64,000 nt of DNA from an uncultured Patescibacteria group bacterium. GTDB lineage: Bacteria; Patescibacteriota; JACMRA01. The stretch lies in contig CALITC010000010.1 in NCBI GenBank assembly GCA_938041505.1, positions 576-64,575 of the forward strand, read 5' to 3'. Shown here piece by piece: positions 18,644-28,201 of this stretch. Under the pieces are notes generated by a model, which saw only the letters and a program-made list of their open reading frames with translations, was not told where the DNA came from and ran no database searches. The translations under genes and the position numbers were made by a program. Numbering within the stretch: the first letter of the stretch is position 1; every line of letters starts with the position of its first letter.

Positions 18644-19624
18644 TTAGTCGTCTTGGCCGTCGAAGACTTGTTTGTGGATGTCTTTGATTCTTTTGTCGGA
18701 GATGTGAGTGTAGATTTGAGTGGTCGAGATATTGGCGTGTCCGAGGAGTGTTTGCACTGTGCGTAAGTCCCCTCCTTTCATAAGTAATTTGGTGGCAAAA
18801 GAGTGCCGGAAGGTGTGCGGGGTTATTCGCTTGTAGATACCAAGTCTATTTGCGTACTTTTTGATCAACATTTGAACCATCCGGGAGGTTAGTGGTTTGG
18901 CTGCATTGGCACGTTTTTTGTTCTTTGAATGCGAAATAAATAAGTATGGATTATTATTATCTTCGCTCCCTCTCAATTCCAAATAAGTGTCGATAGCTTG
19001 CTTAGCAGCTGGCGCCAAATACGTGGTGCGTATCTTACCGCCTTTACCTTCGATCATGAGGCGGCCGTCTTCTTCGTTGACATCGGACTTCTTAAGACCT
19101 AGGAGCTCAGATAAACGTAAGCCTGAGCCAAACATAGTCAAGATGATTGCTTGGTTTCTCTTTTTTTGAATTTCTGGAACTGTCGTGTCATTAAGAATTG
19201 CAGAAATTAAAGATTTGATTTCGTTATCAGACAAAAATTCTATTCTTCTAGAACGAGTTTTTGGTAATTCTAACCTGTCTGGATTGAGGACCAAAGCTCC
19301 GTTTTTAATCATGAATTTGAGGAAGCTTCTGAGGACTACAATTTGGTACGATTGAGCCTTGAGACTAAGTGCGTCTTTGCGGATAGACTCCTTTTTTCCT
19401 AGGTATTGACGGTATTTGTTAACTACGTCCATGTCGATCTGGTTGGTGCGTACGAGTTTATTTTTTTCTAAAAAATCTCCGAACCTATCCAAAGTATTTT
19501 TATAATTACGGACGGTGTTTTCGGAATACTGTTTCGTTAGTTGGCAGTACAATAAAAAGTCTTCAACATCTCTCACGTACGACATATTACTAAGTATCAT
19601 CAAAGAGTCTCTTGGTTTTGTCAA
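18644..19624 (-). CDS. Tyrosine recombinase XerC/XerD family
   Basis: SAM-like N-domain (..YSENTVRNYKNTLDRF..) and a catalytic C-terminus (..HTFRHSFATKLL..LLGHANISTTQIYTH). The track start is TTG; ATG 19600 (MILSN..) is an alternative. Confidence 0.85.
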   Translation of the reverse strand: MTKPRDSLMILSNMSYVRDVEDFLLYCQLTKQYSENTVRNYKNTLDRFGDFLEKNKLVRTNQIDMDVVNKYRQYLGKKESIRKDALSLKAQSYQIVVLRSFLKFMIKNGALVLNPDRLELPKTRSRRIEFLSDNEIKSLISAILNDTTVPEIQKKRNQAIILTMFGSGLRLSELLGLKKSDVNEEDGRLMIEGKGGKIRTTYLAPAAKQAIDTYLELRGSEDNNNPYLFISHSKNKKRANAAKPLTSRMVQMLIKKYANRLGIYKRITPHTFRHSFATKLLMKGGDLRTVQTLLGHANISTTQIYTHISDKRIKDIHKQVFDGQDD

Positions 19625-19632
19625 TTGAGGTT

Positions 19633-19670
19633 ACTAAGAAATAGAACGCATCATAATGAGTTGATGCGTT
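19633..19670 (-). terminator. Rho-independent terminator downstream of 19702-20019
   Basis: 9-bp stem AACGCATCA (19645-19653) / TGATGCGTT (19662-19670). The minus-strand tail is CTATTTCTT. Confidence 0.5.
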
Positions 19671-19701
19671 TGGGAAATAAAAAAACAAACCACAAAAGTA
19701 T

Positions 19702-20019
19702 CTATAATCGAATTAGATATTCTTGTAGTTTCCTTTTCCAGTATGGATTAAGTTGCTGGTACACATACTTAATAATTTTTGGTTTGGTGCTTAAGCAGCG
19801 TTGAGTTGCAAATGAAATTGCTGCCTGTAATGTTTTATCTTTATTGTCGTCAATATACTGATGTTTTGGTAGATTATTTACTACAACGTGTGGGTTTGAA
19901 CCCCACGATAACGAACTAGCGAGATTGAATATGGCATTGTGATTATTAATATTATTCTGCCCTCCTACCTCATTTAGCACCATAATTTGATCTACCTTAC
20001 GAAACAAATATTGGAACAT
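19702..20019 (-). CDS. Hypothetical protein
   Basis: 105-codon ORF, no recognised motif. Confidence 0.4.
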   Translation of the reverse strand: MFQYLFRKVDQIMVLNEVGGQNNINNHNAIFNLASSLSWGSNPHVVVNNLPKHQYIDDNKDKTLQAAISFATQRCLSTKPKIIKYVYQQLNPYWKRKLQEYLIRL

Positions 20020-20089
20020 TTCAAACCTTTATATGCTTTGCCTGAGGAAGCTTCATATCTTTTCTACTCTTAGTCAATAGGTATAAAAT

Positions 20090-20395
20090 TTACTCACTTT
20101 TTTTCTCTACATGAGGTGCGTCAACCACCCTACCAGCTTCTTTTTTGCCAAAGAATTGCTTGAAAAAATCTGAGGTATTATTTTTGGAATTGTCTTCACT
20201 TTTTTTGATCGGCATGATGATCCACAGGGCGATATACCCAATAGCTGCAAACAGTGTTGTCCCCGGGAATACAAACACAATCACAAAGGCTATGCGAACG
20301 ACTTTACTATTTATTTTGAAACGTTCGGCCAGGCCACCGGCTACACCGCCGAAGATTTTGTTTTTGCTTGATCGATAAATTGGTTTGATGCTCAT
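20090..20395 (-). CDS. PspC-domain membrane protein
   Basis: IYRSSKNKIFGGVAGGLAERFKINSKVVRIAFVI followed by a TM helix. Confidence 0.75.
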   Translation of the reverse strand: MSIKPIYRSSKNKIFGGVAGGLAERFKINSKVVRIAFVIVFVFPGTTLFAAIGYIALWIIMPIKKSEDNSKNNTSDFFKQFFGKKEAGRVVDAPHVEKKSE

Positions 20396-20407
20396 TATAT
20401 TCTTACT

Positions 20408-21232
20408 CTACTTAAGAGATTCGGGAATGTCAAAAAATTCTTGAGAGTTTTGGAGGCTCGTTGCCCAAACTTTGGATTTTGGAACGCCTTGTAATTGGGC
20501 TAGCTGCGCAGCGGTAGTGTCGATATACTCTGGTATGCAAATCTTACCTCTGTACGGATGGGGCGCCAGGAATGGCAAGTCGGTCTCCAAGACAAAATCT
20601 GTTTCTTTTAGATCGGATGTCGTGGCTTGAAGCTCACGGGAATTTTTAAATGTGACGACACCGCCGTAAGCAACCTTACCTCTCCGGTTTTGGACGTTCT
20701 GAAGATCTTTATTATTTCCAGTAAAACAATGAATCAAAAACTTACCGTGAATCTCCGGGAACTCGTCTAGAATGTCGAAGAGATCTGCGAATGCATCGCG
20801 GCAGTGGATAACTATTGGTTTGGCGTGCTCAATAGCCTTGCGGATATGAAACCGAAATAAATCCTTCTGGCGGTCAATAATCCGAGCGTCTTGAGTATAA
20901 TAATAATCAAGCCCGATCTCACCAAAGCCTAAAAAATTCCCAGGCGTCTGTAAGTAATTGTCAACTCTGGACATATACGCTTCGAGATCAAAGGTGTCGT
21001 CCACAATCTCAGGATGAGCACCAAGCAAGAAATAGATTTTGGGAATGCCAACAAATAATGAAGTCACTCGCTTGTAGTTAGCTAGGGATACGGTTGGCTG
21101 AATTACAAAATCATGATTCTTGATATGCTCAAGCAGGTGATTTTTGGCTTCTGGAGAAAGAATGTTTTGATCTTCGATAAGTAGCTGCTGCCTTTCTAAA
21201 AATAGCTCGAGATGAGCGTGTGTGTCGTGCAT
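20408..21232 (-). CDS. TatD-family metal-dependent hydrolase
   Basis: MHDTHAHLE.., ..GEIGLDYYY.., ..VIHCRDAF.. motifs. Confidence 0.85.
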   Translation of the reverse strand: MHDTHAHLELFLERQQLLIEDQNILSPEAKNHLLEHIKNHDFVIQPTVSLANYKRVTSLFVGIPKIYFLLGAHPEIVDDTFDLEAYMSRVDNYLQTPGNFLGFGEIGLDYYYTQDARIIDRQKDLFRFHIRKAIEHAKPIVIHCRDAFADLFDILDEFPEIHGKFLIHCFTGNNKDLQNVQNRRGKVAYGGVVTFKNSRELQATTSDLKETDFVLETDLPFLAPHPYRGKICIPEYIDTTAAQLAQLQGVPKSKVWATSLQNSQEFFDIPESLK

Positions 21233-21241
21233 AAGGTAATA

Positions 21242-22390
21242 TTAAATGAGATCTTGAAGCTTGCGAGTCAAAGATTTTTTCTTCGGGTGACTGCGGATGA
21301 TGTACTTTAAGGTATCCACGAAGATTTCGCTTTTGCCAAGTTTGTCGGACCACAAATGAACAATTTTGAGAAAGTCTTGATACTCACCGGCTTTCAAAAA
21401 ATCTGACCAAGTGCGCAAATGACCTGACAAAACTATATCCGTATCCTCTCGCATATCGGGCACATGCTCAGTCAATCTAATTAGATCTGTTTCAGATAAG
21501 ACCTCTTTATTTTCCATGAGATAGATATAATAGCGAGAGACAAAACAAAATTCCAGATAAAGTTCTTTTTGGCGGGCGTATTCTTGGAGCAGAGCCTCTA
21601 AAACTTGCTTTTTTTGATCTCTAGGCAACTCTCTGAGATGACTAACTACGTCATCTTTGTACCCTTCACAGGCTCCCATCCAATAGAATTTCCACATATT
21701 GATCCAAAATTGAAGCTGCAAGTCTTCATCAAAACGAAACACAATTGGCAAAAAGAAATTCCAGAATTGGTACTTCCCGATTAAGATTGACTCAAGCGCG
21801 ATTTTGAGAATACGTTTTTCTTTTGAATATAGACCTACGTGCGGCTCTAGAATTGTCGATAACTGCTGGAAAAAATCTCCATGTTCTCCTGGCTCTTCTT
21901 TGACAGCCTTGGATATTTTATCGAGATGGTAATAATTATTACTAGCGCTTTGGAGAAGGGTATCCATGGTTGCTAGCCACTTGCGATGAACTTTAACTTT
22001 TTGGGCTGTGAAGATCGAGTCAAGAATATCTTCTTTGGGAGGAGCTTGTCTAGTGAGCTCGGTGGTCTGATTAAACTCTTTTTCGATTGCCGCGAGTACT
22101 GCAACTATATGCCGGCACAAACCATGCTCAGCAAAATATTCGCAATCACACTGTGCTACTTCTCGAATACACTTGTAAGCATCTTGAAATTTGGACTGAT
22201 CAAGGGCTAGATGCAGCAATGGCAGCTTGACTTGGTGATAGTAATTTCGTTCGATGACCGTGTAGAGGCGCCAATTATCCAACACTAGACTTGTAGGGTT
22301 AGAAACCCCGCCCTGTAAATAGATGCGGAGTCCCTGATTGTAGATGCTTGGATCAAGCGAGTCTTTGAGAAATTTTGTATAAGATAACAT
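21242..22390 (-). CDS. SWIM zinc-finger protein with helical C-terminal region
   Basis: CDCEYFAEHGLCRHIVAVL fits the SWIM CxC..CxH signature. Confidence 0.6.
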   Translation of the reverse strand: MLSYTKFLKDSLDPSIYNQGLRIYLQGGVSNPTSLVLDNWRLYTVIERNYYHQVKLPLLHLALDQSKFQDAYKCIREVAQCDCEYFAEHGLCRHIVAVLAAIEKEFNQTTELTRQAPPKEDILDSIFTAQKVKVHRKWLATMDTLLQSASNNYYHLDKISKAVKEEPGEHGDFFQQLSTILEPHVGLYSKEKRILKIALESILIGKYQFWNFFLPIVFRFDEDLQLQFWINMWKFYWMGACEGYKDDVVSHLRELPRDQKKQVLEALLQEYARQKELYLEFCFVSRYYIYLMENKEVLSETDLIRLTEHVPDMREDTDIVLSGHLRTWSDFLKAGEYQDFLKIVHLWSDKLGKSEIFVDTLKYIIRSHPKKKSLTRKLQDLI

Positions 22391-22392
22391 GA

Positions 22393-24399
22393 CTAAGAGA
22401 TTGCCATTAGTAGCGGAGATGTACCATCTTCACCTACCTTGACTTGCTCGATCGTACCATTATTTACCGACATAGTCAATGTTGGACTGGTTGGTGAGAG
22501 CTTGAAGGTATATTCTCCGCTGCGATCGTTCTCATTTCCTCCAGTTTTTACCACCCCTTCGAGCAAGTCTAGATCACCGAGGTCAACATACCCTTTCACA
22601 TAGCGAGGGAAAATTACTTTTGCTTGGTCACTTCCGAGCGCTAAGGCTTGTGATGGTACTAGATTAACTTCGTAAGTCGCACCAGCTTCGGATTCGTATT
22701 GTGCGCCTGGTTTGATCTTAATTGCTGGTTTTAGCTCTTCTTGATCCTGCTCACTGCCTCCGTAGGCGCCCGCTCCAAAATCCGGTTCGTCCTCTGCGAC
22801 ACTCTCGAATTCTGAATTGTCCACTGCTGCAAATACTTGCGGCTGCTCACTTACTTGTGACCGATCTCGAAACTCATTCATTTGAGCTGGGGTGAAGGTG
22901 GCTTCGTTAGGATTGGGCGCGGCCAATTTTCCAATGTAAATAGAATAAACCAAGATTTGAATATCGGCAGAATCTATCGAATTCACACCTTCTTGGTTTA
23001 GCCTTTGGTAGGCCGCCGCACTCTCATGATTTTCGTGCGCAGTTTTTTCAGCGTAGTAAGCATAATCATTAAGTATCTGCTGTTCTAGTAGTTCGTTATT
23101 CTTAGGGTCATTTATCAGATTATTCATCTGAAGAGTTAGGTACTTTGGTACAAAATCGGCATAGAGTATTTGCTCTTCAAGTTCGGTTTTGTTACCAAGT
23201 ATTTCGGCTGGGAAGTTCCCTATATACGTCTCCAGCTGCCTATCAACATCGATGCGTGCTTGCTCCCTGGAATCGTCGTTTAGATAATAGCCGTATTCGG
23301 AAATACTATTGCGAACCTTGTTTTTATATTTTTTAAAAACTTCTTGCCTTAACACTCCATTATGGTAGCCCTCCAAAGCATCAGGTTTGTCAAAGCTCTC
23401 CTCGCTTGGTAAGTCTTTTGGGATATTACGTTGAGGGACAAAAGAGTCCAGTTCTTCATCTCCATAAAAGATTTGAATATGGTCACTTGGTTTAGGTGGC
23501 ACAACCTCTTCTTTTCTGACCGGCTCCTCGTCTATAATATCGTTAGGATCAAAATCAACCTCTTCAGTATCTGGCTCGTCAGAAGGTTCGATTATTTTTT
23601 GTTCTATTAACTGTTGGAGAATGCCATACGCCTCTTCAGTAAGTAAGTTGAGTCGGGAATTAGATCCGTGAACACGCATGAATTCAGGGTCTTTGCGCTC
23701 AATCTTTTCATAGAGCAGGTCGAGTTCTTTAATTCGCTTATTAATATTAAGCTTTTCAATTTTATCTTCAAGCACTTCTAAAGAGTCACCATCATTAGTA
23801 ACAGGTACATGAATATCATTGTAAGTACTATGCTGAGTTACTTCTTGAAGCTCTTTTTTTTGCCGATTTAGTTTATCGAATAATTTTATAGCTTTCTCCA
23901 TCCTATTAATTGCCCTGTGGTTATTAGCTAATTTGTGCATCTTGTTTAGATGTGCTACTTCCTCTTGAGATGCAGAACCCTCTACTGTACTGCTTGAACT
24001 ACTATTGTACCATTCTCGAAGGTTGTTACGCGCCTTGATAATTTTTGCCCAATTGTTCTTTATCCAAGGCTTGTCTTTCAACGCAATCAATTTTTCTTTG
24101 GCCAATTGCCTTGTGCTAGCTTGCTCTTCTGGCGATTTATCATTGTTCAATGAAGCTACTTCTGCGCGCAGAGCTTTTAACCTTTGCTGGATTTCTTCGT
24201 CTCTTCTGCGAGCTTCTTTAAGTACAGCTTCTTGACGGGCTAACTCTTGATTTGGATTTGGTTCATCTAAATACACATCTTTTAGTTCGATTTTATCTGG
24301 CTGTGGAAGAATATTTGTATTGAGAATTGTATCATTTTTGTTTTGCTGGGACTTGTTTTGAAGGGCGTCAGTGTGGGAGAAATTAAAATTTTCAGACAT
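22393..24399 (-). CDS. Large (668 aa) acidic coiled-coil-rich protein of unknown function
   Basis: Long intact ORF 2 nt upstream of the SWIM gene. The N-terminal half is heptad-like (..EIQQRLKALRAEVASLN..), the middle is acidic, and the last ~100 aa look like a beta-rich domain. Confidence 0.6.
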   Translation of the reverse strand: MSENFNFSHTDALQNKSQQNKNDTILNTNILPQPDKIELKDVYLDEPNPNQELARQEAVLKEARRRDEEIQQRLKALRAEVASLNNDKSPEEQASTRQLAKEKLIALKDKPWIKNNWAKIIKARNNLREWYNSSSSSTVEGSASQEEVAHLNKMHKLANNHRAINRMEKAIKLFDKLNRQKKELQEVTQHSTYNDIHVPVTNDGDSLEVLEDKIEKLNINKRIKELDLLYEKIERKDPEFMRVHGSNSRLNLLTEEAYGILQQLIEQKIIEPSDEPDTEEVDFDPNDIIDEEPVRKEEVVPPKPSDHIQIFYGDEELDSFVPQRNIPKDLPSEESFDKPDALEGYHNGVLRQEVFKKYKNKVRNSISEYGYYLNDDSREQARIDVDRQLETYIGNFPAEILGNKTELEEQILYADFVPKYLTLQMNNLINDPKNNELLEQQILNDYAYYAEKTAHENHESAAAYQRLNQEGVNSIDSADIQILVYSIYIGKLAAPNPNEATFTPAQMNEFRDRSQVSEQPQVFAAVDNSEFESVAEDEPDFGAGAYGGSEQDQEELKPAIKIKPGAQYESEAGATYEVNLVPSQALALGSDQAKVIFPRYVKGYVDLGDLDLLEGVVKTGGNENDRSGEYTFKLSPTSPTLTMSVNNGTIEQVKVGEDGTSPLLMAIS

Positions 24400-24411
24400 A
24401 TATACTGTATT

Positions 24412-24711
24412 CTATTTGATATTGGTAACAAAAGCACTAAAAGCCTCATTGAACATAGGCTCTAGCTCAGGATTCTTATCAAAAATCTCTGGAGTATCGT
24501 AGATAGCAATTCCTTTTAATTTATTGGCGGCTTTTGTACCGTGGGTTGTCTGGACGTAGTTAATAATATAACTGACGAACATGTCAGTACATCTTTGGAC
24601 AACTTGTTGTTGACTGCTTTGGGGAAGCTCTTGGAGCTCAAATCCTGTAATCGCCTGCACCAACATTTCTATAAGCTCTTCTGGTTTCTTACCTAAATCT
24701 GTAGTTGACAT
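24412..24711 (-). CDS. Small (99 aa) helical protein of unknown function
   Basis: Intact ORF 12 nt upstream of the 668-aa gene on the same strand. Confidence 0.5.
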   Translation of the reverse strand: MSTTDLGKKPEELIEMLVQAITGFELQELPQSSQQQVVQRCTDMFVSYIINYVQTTHGTKAANKLKGIAIYDTPEIFDKNPELEPMFNEAFSAFVTNIK

Positions 24712-24781
24712 ATATGATGTTTTAACCTAGTATTGTTACTGTAATTGTAACATGTTTTAATATTTTTGTGCAAGTAATTTT

Positions 24782-24892
24782 ATGAATTTCCTTTTTATAT
24801 ACTATTTTTGCCTTATTTACTCGCTGGTTAGTCTGCTCATCTTAGCTTTGATAGGCTATCTTTACCTTGTCAAAAAAATCCACGTTAAATAA
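24782..24892 (+). CDS. 36-aa hydrophobic ORF upstream of uppP (MNFLFIYYFCLIYSLVSLLILALIGYLYLVKKIHVK)
   Basis: ATG ORF ending 8 nt before the uppP ATG. No clear SD. Confidence 0.25.
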   Translation: MNFLFIYYFCLIYSLVSLLILALIGYLYLVKKIHVK

Positions 24893-24900
24893 GTATTTTT

Positions 24901-25866
24901 ATGCAGTTTTCTTTTCTAAATGAGTTTATTCTAGCTATTATCACGGGTGCAGTCCAGGGTTTAACTGAGTTTTTGCCTATTTCGTCTACAGCTCACATCC
25001 GGCTCATCACAGGTCTTATAACCAACGGACGGGATATTGGATTGACGAGCTCTAACGTAATCCAGCTTGGTACTCTTATAGCAGTATTGCAATATTTTAG
25101 AAATGACTTATTTCGCTATATTACTCGACTTAGAAGGGTTTTTTTGGACAAAAACACACGCAATCAATTTGTCTATAATGTGCGTGCGTGGCTGTCTAAC
25201 CAAGAGCAGTTTAATGGGAGCAAAGAACAGATTGAAACCGACGTGAATATGATTCAACTACTTGTCGGAACTCTGCCACTGATAGCCATCGCTATTGTAT
25301 TTGGAAATTTTGCAGAAGCGTCTCGAGGTTTGCAAAATATCGCTGTATATTTGCTCGCTGGATCGGTATTAATGTACTTTGGCGACTATATGCATAAGCT
25401 GGCAGCCAAGCAGCAAGATGATCGTCCATATTTTATGACAGTTGGTGAAGTCGTTCTTGTAGGACTTTTTCAGTCGCTTGCTATATTCCCTGGTATCTCT
25501 CGCAGTGGCGCTACGATTGCCGGTGCGCTAATGCTTGGCCGCAAAAGAGCTGAATCAGTCCGCTTCTCATTTTTGCTATCAATACCCGCAATATTCTTAG
25601 CTGGTTCTTACGACACGATACGATATATAATAGACTTTTTAAGTAATCCGAATTTCTTACCGATGGAATCAACATGGACTCTTAACACAATCTCCTTGTC
25701 TCTAGTCACACTTCTGTGCGCGGTGGTCGTAGCGTACTTAGTGGGACTTGCCTGCCTCAAGTGGCTCATCAAATACTTATCTGATAACTCCACACTCAAC
25801 TTTATTATCTACAGAGTTGTTGTGGCTTTAACGATACTTTTCTTGGTTGGAATTAACTTATTATAG
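24901..25866 (+). CDS. uppP: Undecaprenyl-diphosphate phosphatase
   Basis: GLTEFLPISSTAHI and PGISRSGATI signature motifs, with about 8 TM segments. Confidence 0.9.
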   Translation: MQFSFLNEFILAIITGAVQGLTEFLPISSTAHIRLITGLITNGRDIGLTSSNVIQLGTLIAVLQYFRNDLFRYITRLRRVFLDKNTRNQFVYNVRAWLSNQEQFNGSKEQIETDVNMIQLLVGTLPLIAIAIVFGNFAEASRGLQNIAVYLLAGSVLMYFGDYMHKLAAKQQDDRPYFMTVGEVVLVGLFQSLAIFPGISRSGATIAGALMLGRKRAESVRFSFLLSIPAIFLAGSYDTIRYIIDFLSNPNFLPMESTWTLNTISLSLVTLLCAVVVAYLVGLACLKWLIKYLSDNSTLNFIIYRVVVALTILFLVGINLL

Positions 25867-25924
25867 CTTTTTCACCCTGTGATTAGGTGTAAAATTAAGT
25901 GCTCTGCAATACCCGCTTCATTCT

Positions 25925-26911
25925 TCAAATCACCGTGAATTCGATTCTTTTGACTCCTTGCCCAACAGACTTTTGTTTTAGAATACTAAATTTGCCTATC
26001 TCACTTGTGTTAACGACATGGGGTCCTCCGCAGAACTCTCTGGAAAATACCTGACCCTCTTTGTCTTGTATTGTATAAACCATTACCTTATCGCCATATT
26101 TTTCTCCAAACAATCCTATCGCTCCGAGCTCTCTAGCTTGGTGAGGTGACATTTCTTGCTTGCTAACTGTCAGGCCTAAATCAATCACCTCTTGAATTTT
26201 GGTGGTCAGCTCTACAATTTCCTCTTCTTCTAACCTGCGATCAAAACTAAAATCAAAGCGGGCCTTTTCGGTGCTAATTTTTGATCCCATTTGCTTGATA
26301 TCTTCTCCAAACATACTTCTTAGCTGGTGATGCAAAATATGGGTTACTGTGTGCATGCGTGTGGTCTGCTCATTCTGTTCTGCGAGCCCACCTTTGAACT
26401 GCTTCTTAGATACATCTTGTGATTTTTGCTGGTGTTCTTCGATAAGCTTATGGAGCACTTCTTGGTCAAGCTTACCCCCTTTTTGCTTAACTATGTCCAA
26501 AGATAGCTCAATCGGTACACCGTGAGTCTGGTACATATCAAACGTCAGCGCCGCCAAATCTTCCCCGCCAATCTCAGAATTTTTGGTATATGCCTTGCCC
26601 CACTGCTTTTCGCCCGTTGCGATGGCGCGATTGTATTTCTGACTCTCTTGGTTAAAAAGTATTAGCGCAAATTCTGCCACTTCTTGTAGCTCAGGGTATG
26701 ATTCACTGTATGCAGCTACAACAGCCCCAATCATATCTTTAAAATAATCTGGATTAGTAATGTCGATCTTCAGCGCAAGACTACTGGCTAAGCTTCTGCG
26801 CATAAGCCGGCGGAGAATATACCCTTGCTGCTTACCAGAAGGTTTGACGCCATCACTTATCAAAAAAATGCTGGCGCGAACATGATCGGCAATGATAAAC
26901 TTATGATTCAT
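25925..26911 (-). CDS. alaS: Alanyl-tRNA synthetase fragment: tRNA-recognition (mid) domain plus editing domain only
   Basis: Starts MNHKFIIADHVRASIFLISDGVKPSGKQQGYILRRLMRRS, corresponding roughly to E. coli AlaRS residue 280 onward. The editing-domain zinc motifs HTVTHILH and CGGPHV are present. There are no class II catalytic motifs, an in-frame stop lies 2 codons upstream of the track ORF, and the next gene is only ~185 nt away. Confidence 0.8.
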   Translation of the reverse strand: MNHKFIIADHVRASIFLISDGVKPSGKQQGYILRRLMRRSLASSLALKIDITNPDYFKDMIGAVVAAYSESYPELQEVAEFALILFNQESQKYNRAIATGEKQWGKAYTKNSEIGGEDLAALTFDMYQTHGVPIELSLDIVKQKGGKLDQEVLHKLIEEHQQKSQDVSKKQFKGGLAEQNEQTTRMHTVTHILHHQLRSMFGEDIKQMGSKISTEKARFDFSFDRRLEEEEIVELTTKIQEVIDLGLTVSKQEMSPHQARELGAIGLFGEKYGDKVMVYTIQDKEGQVFSREFCGGPHVVNTSEIGKFSILKQKSVGQGVKRIEFTVI

Positions 26912-27035
26912 ATTAGTATATTTTGTCGAATTTAGGGTATTTGTCAATTTACCTTAAATCAAATGAAGACGGCCTGTTCGCTTACAGCTTATAGATTTAT
27001 TCTATCCTAGAATTTAATTATCTTGTATAGTATAG

Positions 27036-27614
27036 AATATACACTTCCCAGTATTTGACTTACTCCACAACGATCACGAACAGCTAGATATAATTCTCCA
27101 TGGCCGATCAAAAGGTAAAAACAGCCCCTTCATGAAAAAGCTAATTACACGCTCTCTCGAAAAAAAACACTCCGTCTTGGCTCTCGATTTTCCATACCTA
27201 TCTCAAGAATCAGAACCTTCTGCACAACTCATGGACGAGGTTAGGGCTTTGAAAATGGTGATTACAACCGCAAATACTATAGGGTATTCAAAAATTCATT
27301 TTGTTGCCAAATCACTAGGTGCGGTTGTGGCTTCTAAATTCCTTAACGAAGTCGAGGATCAGCATAGATATTCGATTACTGTTTTTGGATACGCAATGCC
27401 TTATATCCACTTTGATAACTTTACAGGATGAATTACTGTTGTTCACGGTGAACACGATAGACACGGTGGCCCAGAGAGTGTTCAGGCTAGTCTTGAGCGA
27501 TCTCCAGCCAACTCCAAACTGCTTATAATTATTAGCGGTGCTGATCATTCTTATAATAAAGAAGATGCTCGAGAAAATGAAGCTATTGAAGCTGGCTACG
27601 AAGATCGAAAATAG
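27036..27614 (+). pseudogene. Alpha/beta-fold hydrolase (KANL3/Tex30-like small hydrolase) with an in-frame TGA and no canonical start for its conserved N-terminus
   Basis: The frame is open from 27036 (..LDIILHGRSKGKNSPFMKKL..ALDFPY..FVAKSLGAVVA..). TGA sits at 27429-27431. The same frame continues for 60 codons (ITVVHGEHD..LLIIISGADHSY..) to TAG 27612-27614. Confidence 0.6.
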
Positions 27615-27712
27615 AATTTGAAAGATAGAATTATATAATTGAAACAAGCCTAACAACCGGTGAGATCAATAAAATACTTTCTTTTATTTAGTTTTTGTGT
27701 TATACTTAGAAT

Positions 27713-28201
27713 ATGCAACATCCAATAGTTACATTTTTAAATCTTCTTAGTATCGATCCGCACAGTAAATCTTTGCAGTCTTTTCCCGACAGTGTTCTCT
27801 TTGCCAGTGTGATATTAAGTTGCTCAGCAATAGGGCAATGGGTCGTTGATATGATATTTGAACTTCTGGCTTATGCAGAGATTTTCCCAGAGATCCCTTT
27901 CAGACTGAACTTCATAACTCTTACTTTTTTATCTGCGATACTTGCTTATCAAACCGTTGTTTCGCTCCGCCACAATATTGCAGTGATTACAAATTCCACT
28001 CTTTTTGTAGCTGCCTTTGTGGAGATAAGTTTGATTGTTGGAGACATTTATTTTTTATCGCAGAACCTGGATAATACCTTTTTACTCCTTTTTAGGACAC
28101 CGTTTATCACCCTTACAGGAATCAATGTGCTGCTTTTAACTTATATCTGGGTGCGAATCCACCCTACTCCATTTGCGGCTACTTCTTTAAAAAAGAGTTA
28201 A
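27713..28201 (+). CDS. Hypothetical polytopic membrane protein
   Basis: 162-codon ORF with 4-5 hydrophobic segments. It overlaps the convergent neighbour by 23 nt. Confidence 0.45.
   Translation: MQHPIVTFLNLLSIDPHSKSLQSFPDSVLFASVILSCSAIGQWVVDMIFELLAYAEIFPEIPFRLNFITLTFLSAILAYQTVVSLRHNIAVITNSTLFVAAFVEISLIVGDIYFLSQNLDNTFLLLFRTPFITLTGINVLLLTYIWVRIHPTPFAATSLKKS

Noticed and set aside
18644-19624. XerC/D-type recombinase as the integrase of a mobile element
   Set aside because: No flanking direct repeats, tRNA target, excisionase or cargo-like boundary is visible. The sequence looks like a chromosomal dimer-resolution recombinase. The adjacent small ORFs are uninformative.
27429-27431. In-frame TGA as evidence for an alternative genetic code (TGA read as Gly or Trp, as in some candidate phyla and Mollicutes)
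   Set aside because: Nearly all conserved genes in the window (trpS, serS, lysS, gatB, gap, uppP, rsmA, LCP, FemAB and others) are full-length single ORFs under the standard code, so TGA cannot be a common sense codon. In-frame TAA (63242-63244) and TAG (201-203) also occur in other degraded genes, which fits decay rather than recoding. TGA also ends at least three ORFs (2897, 11225, 38408), although TAA and TAG dominate among the stops I checked.
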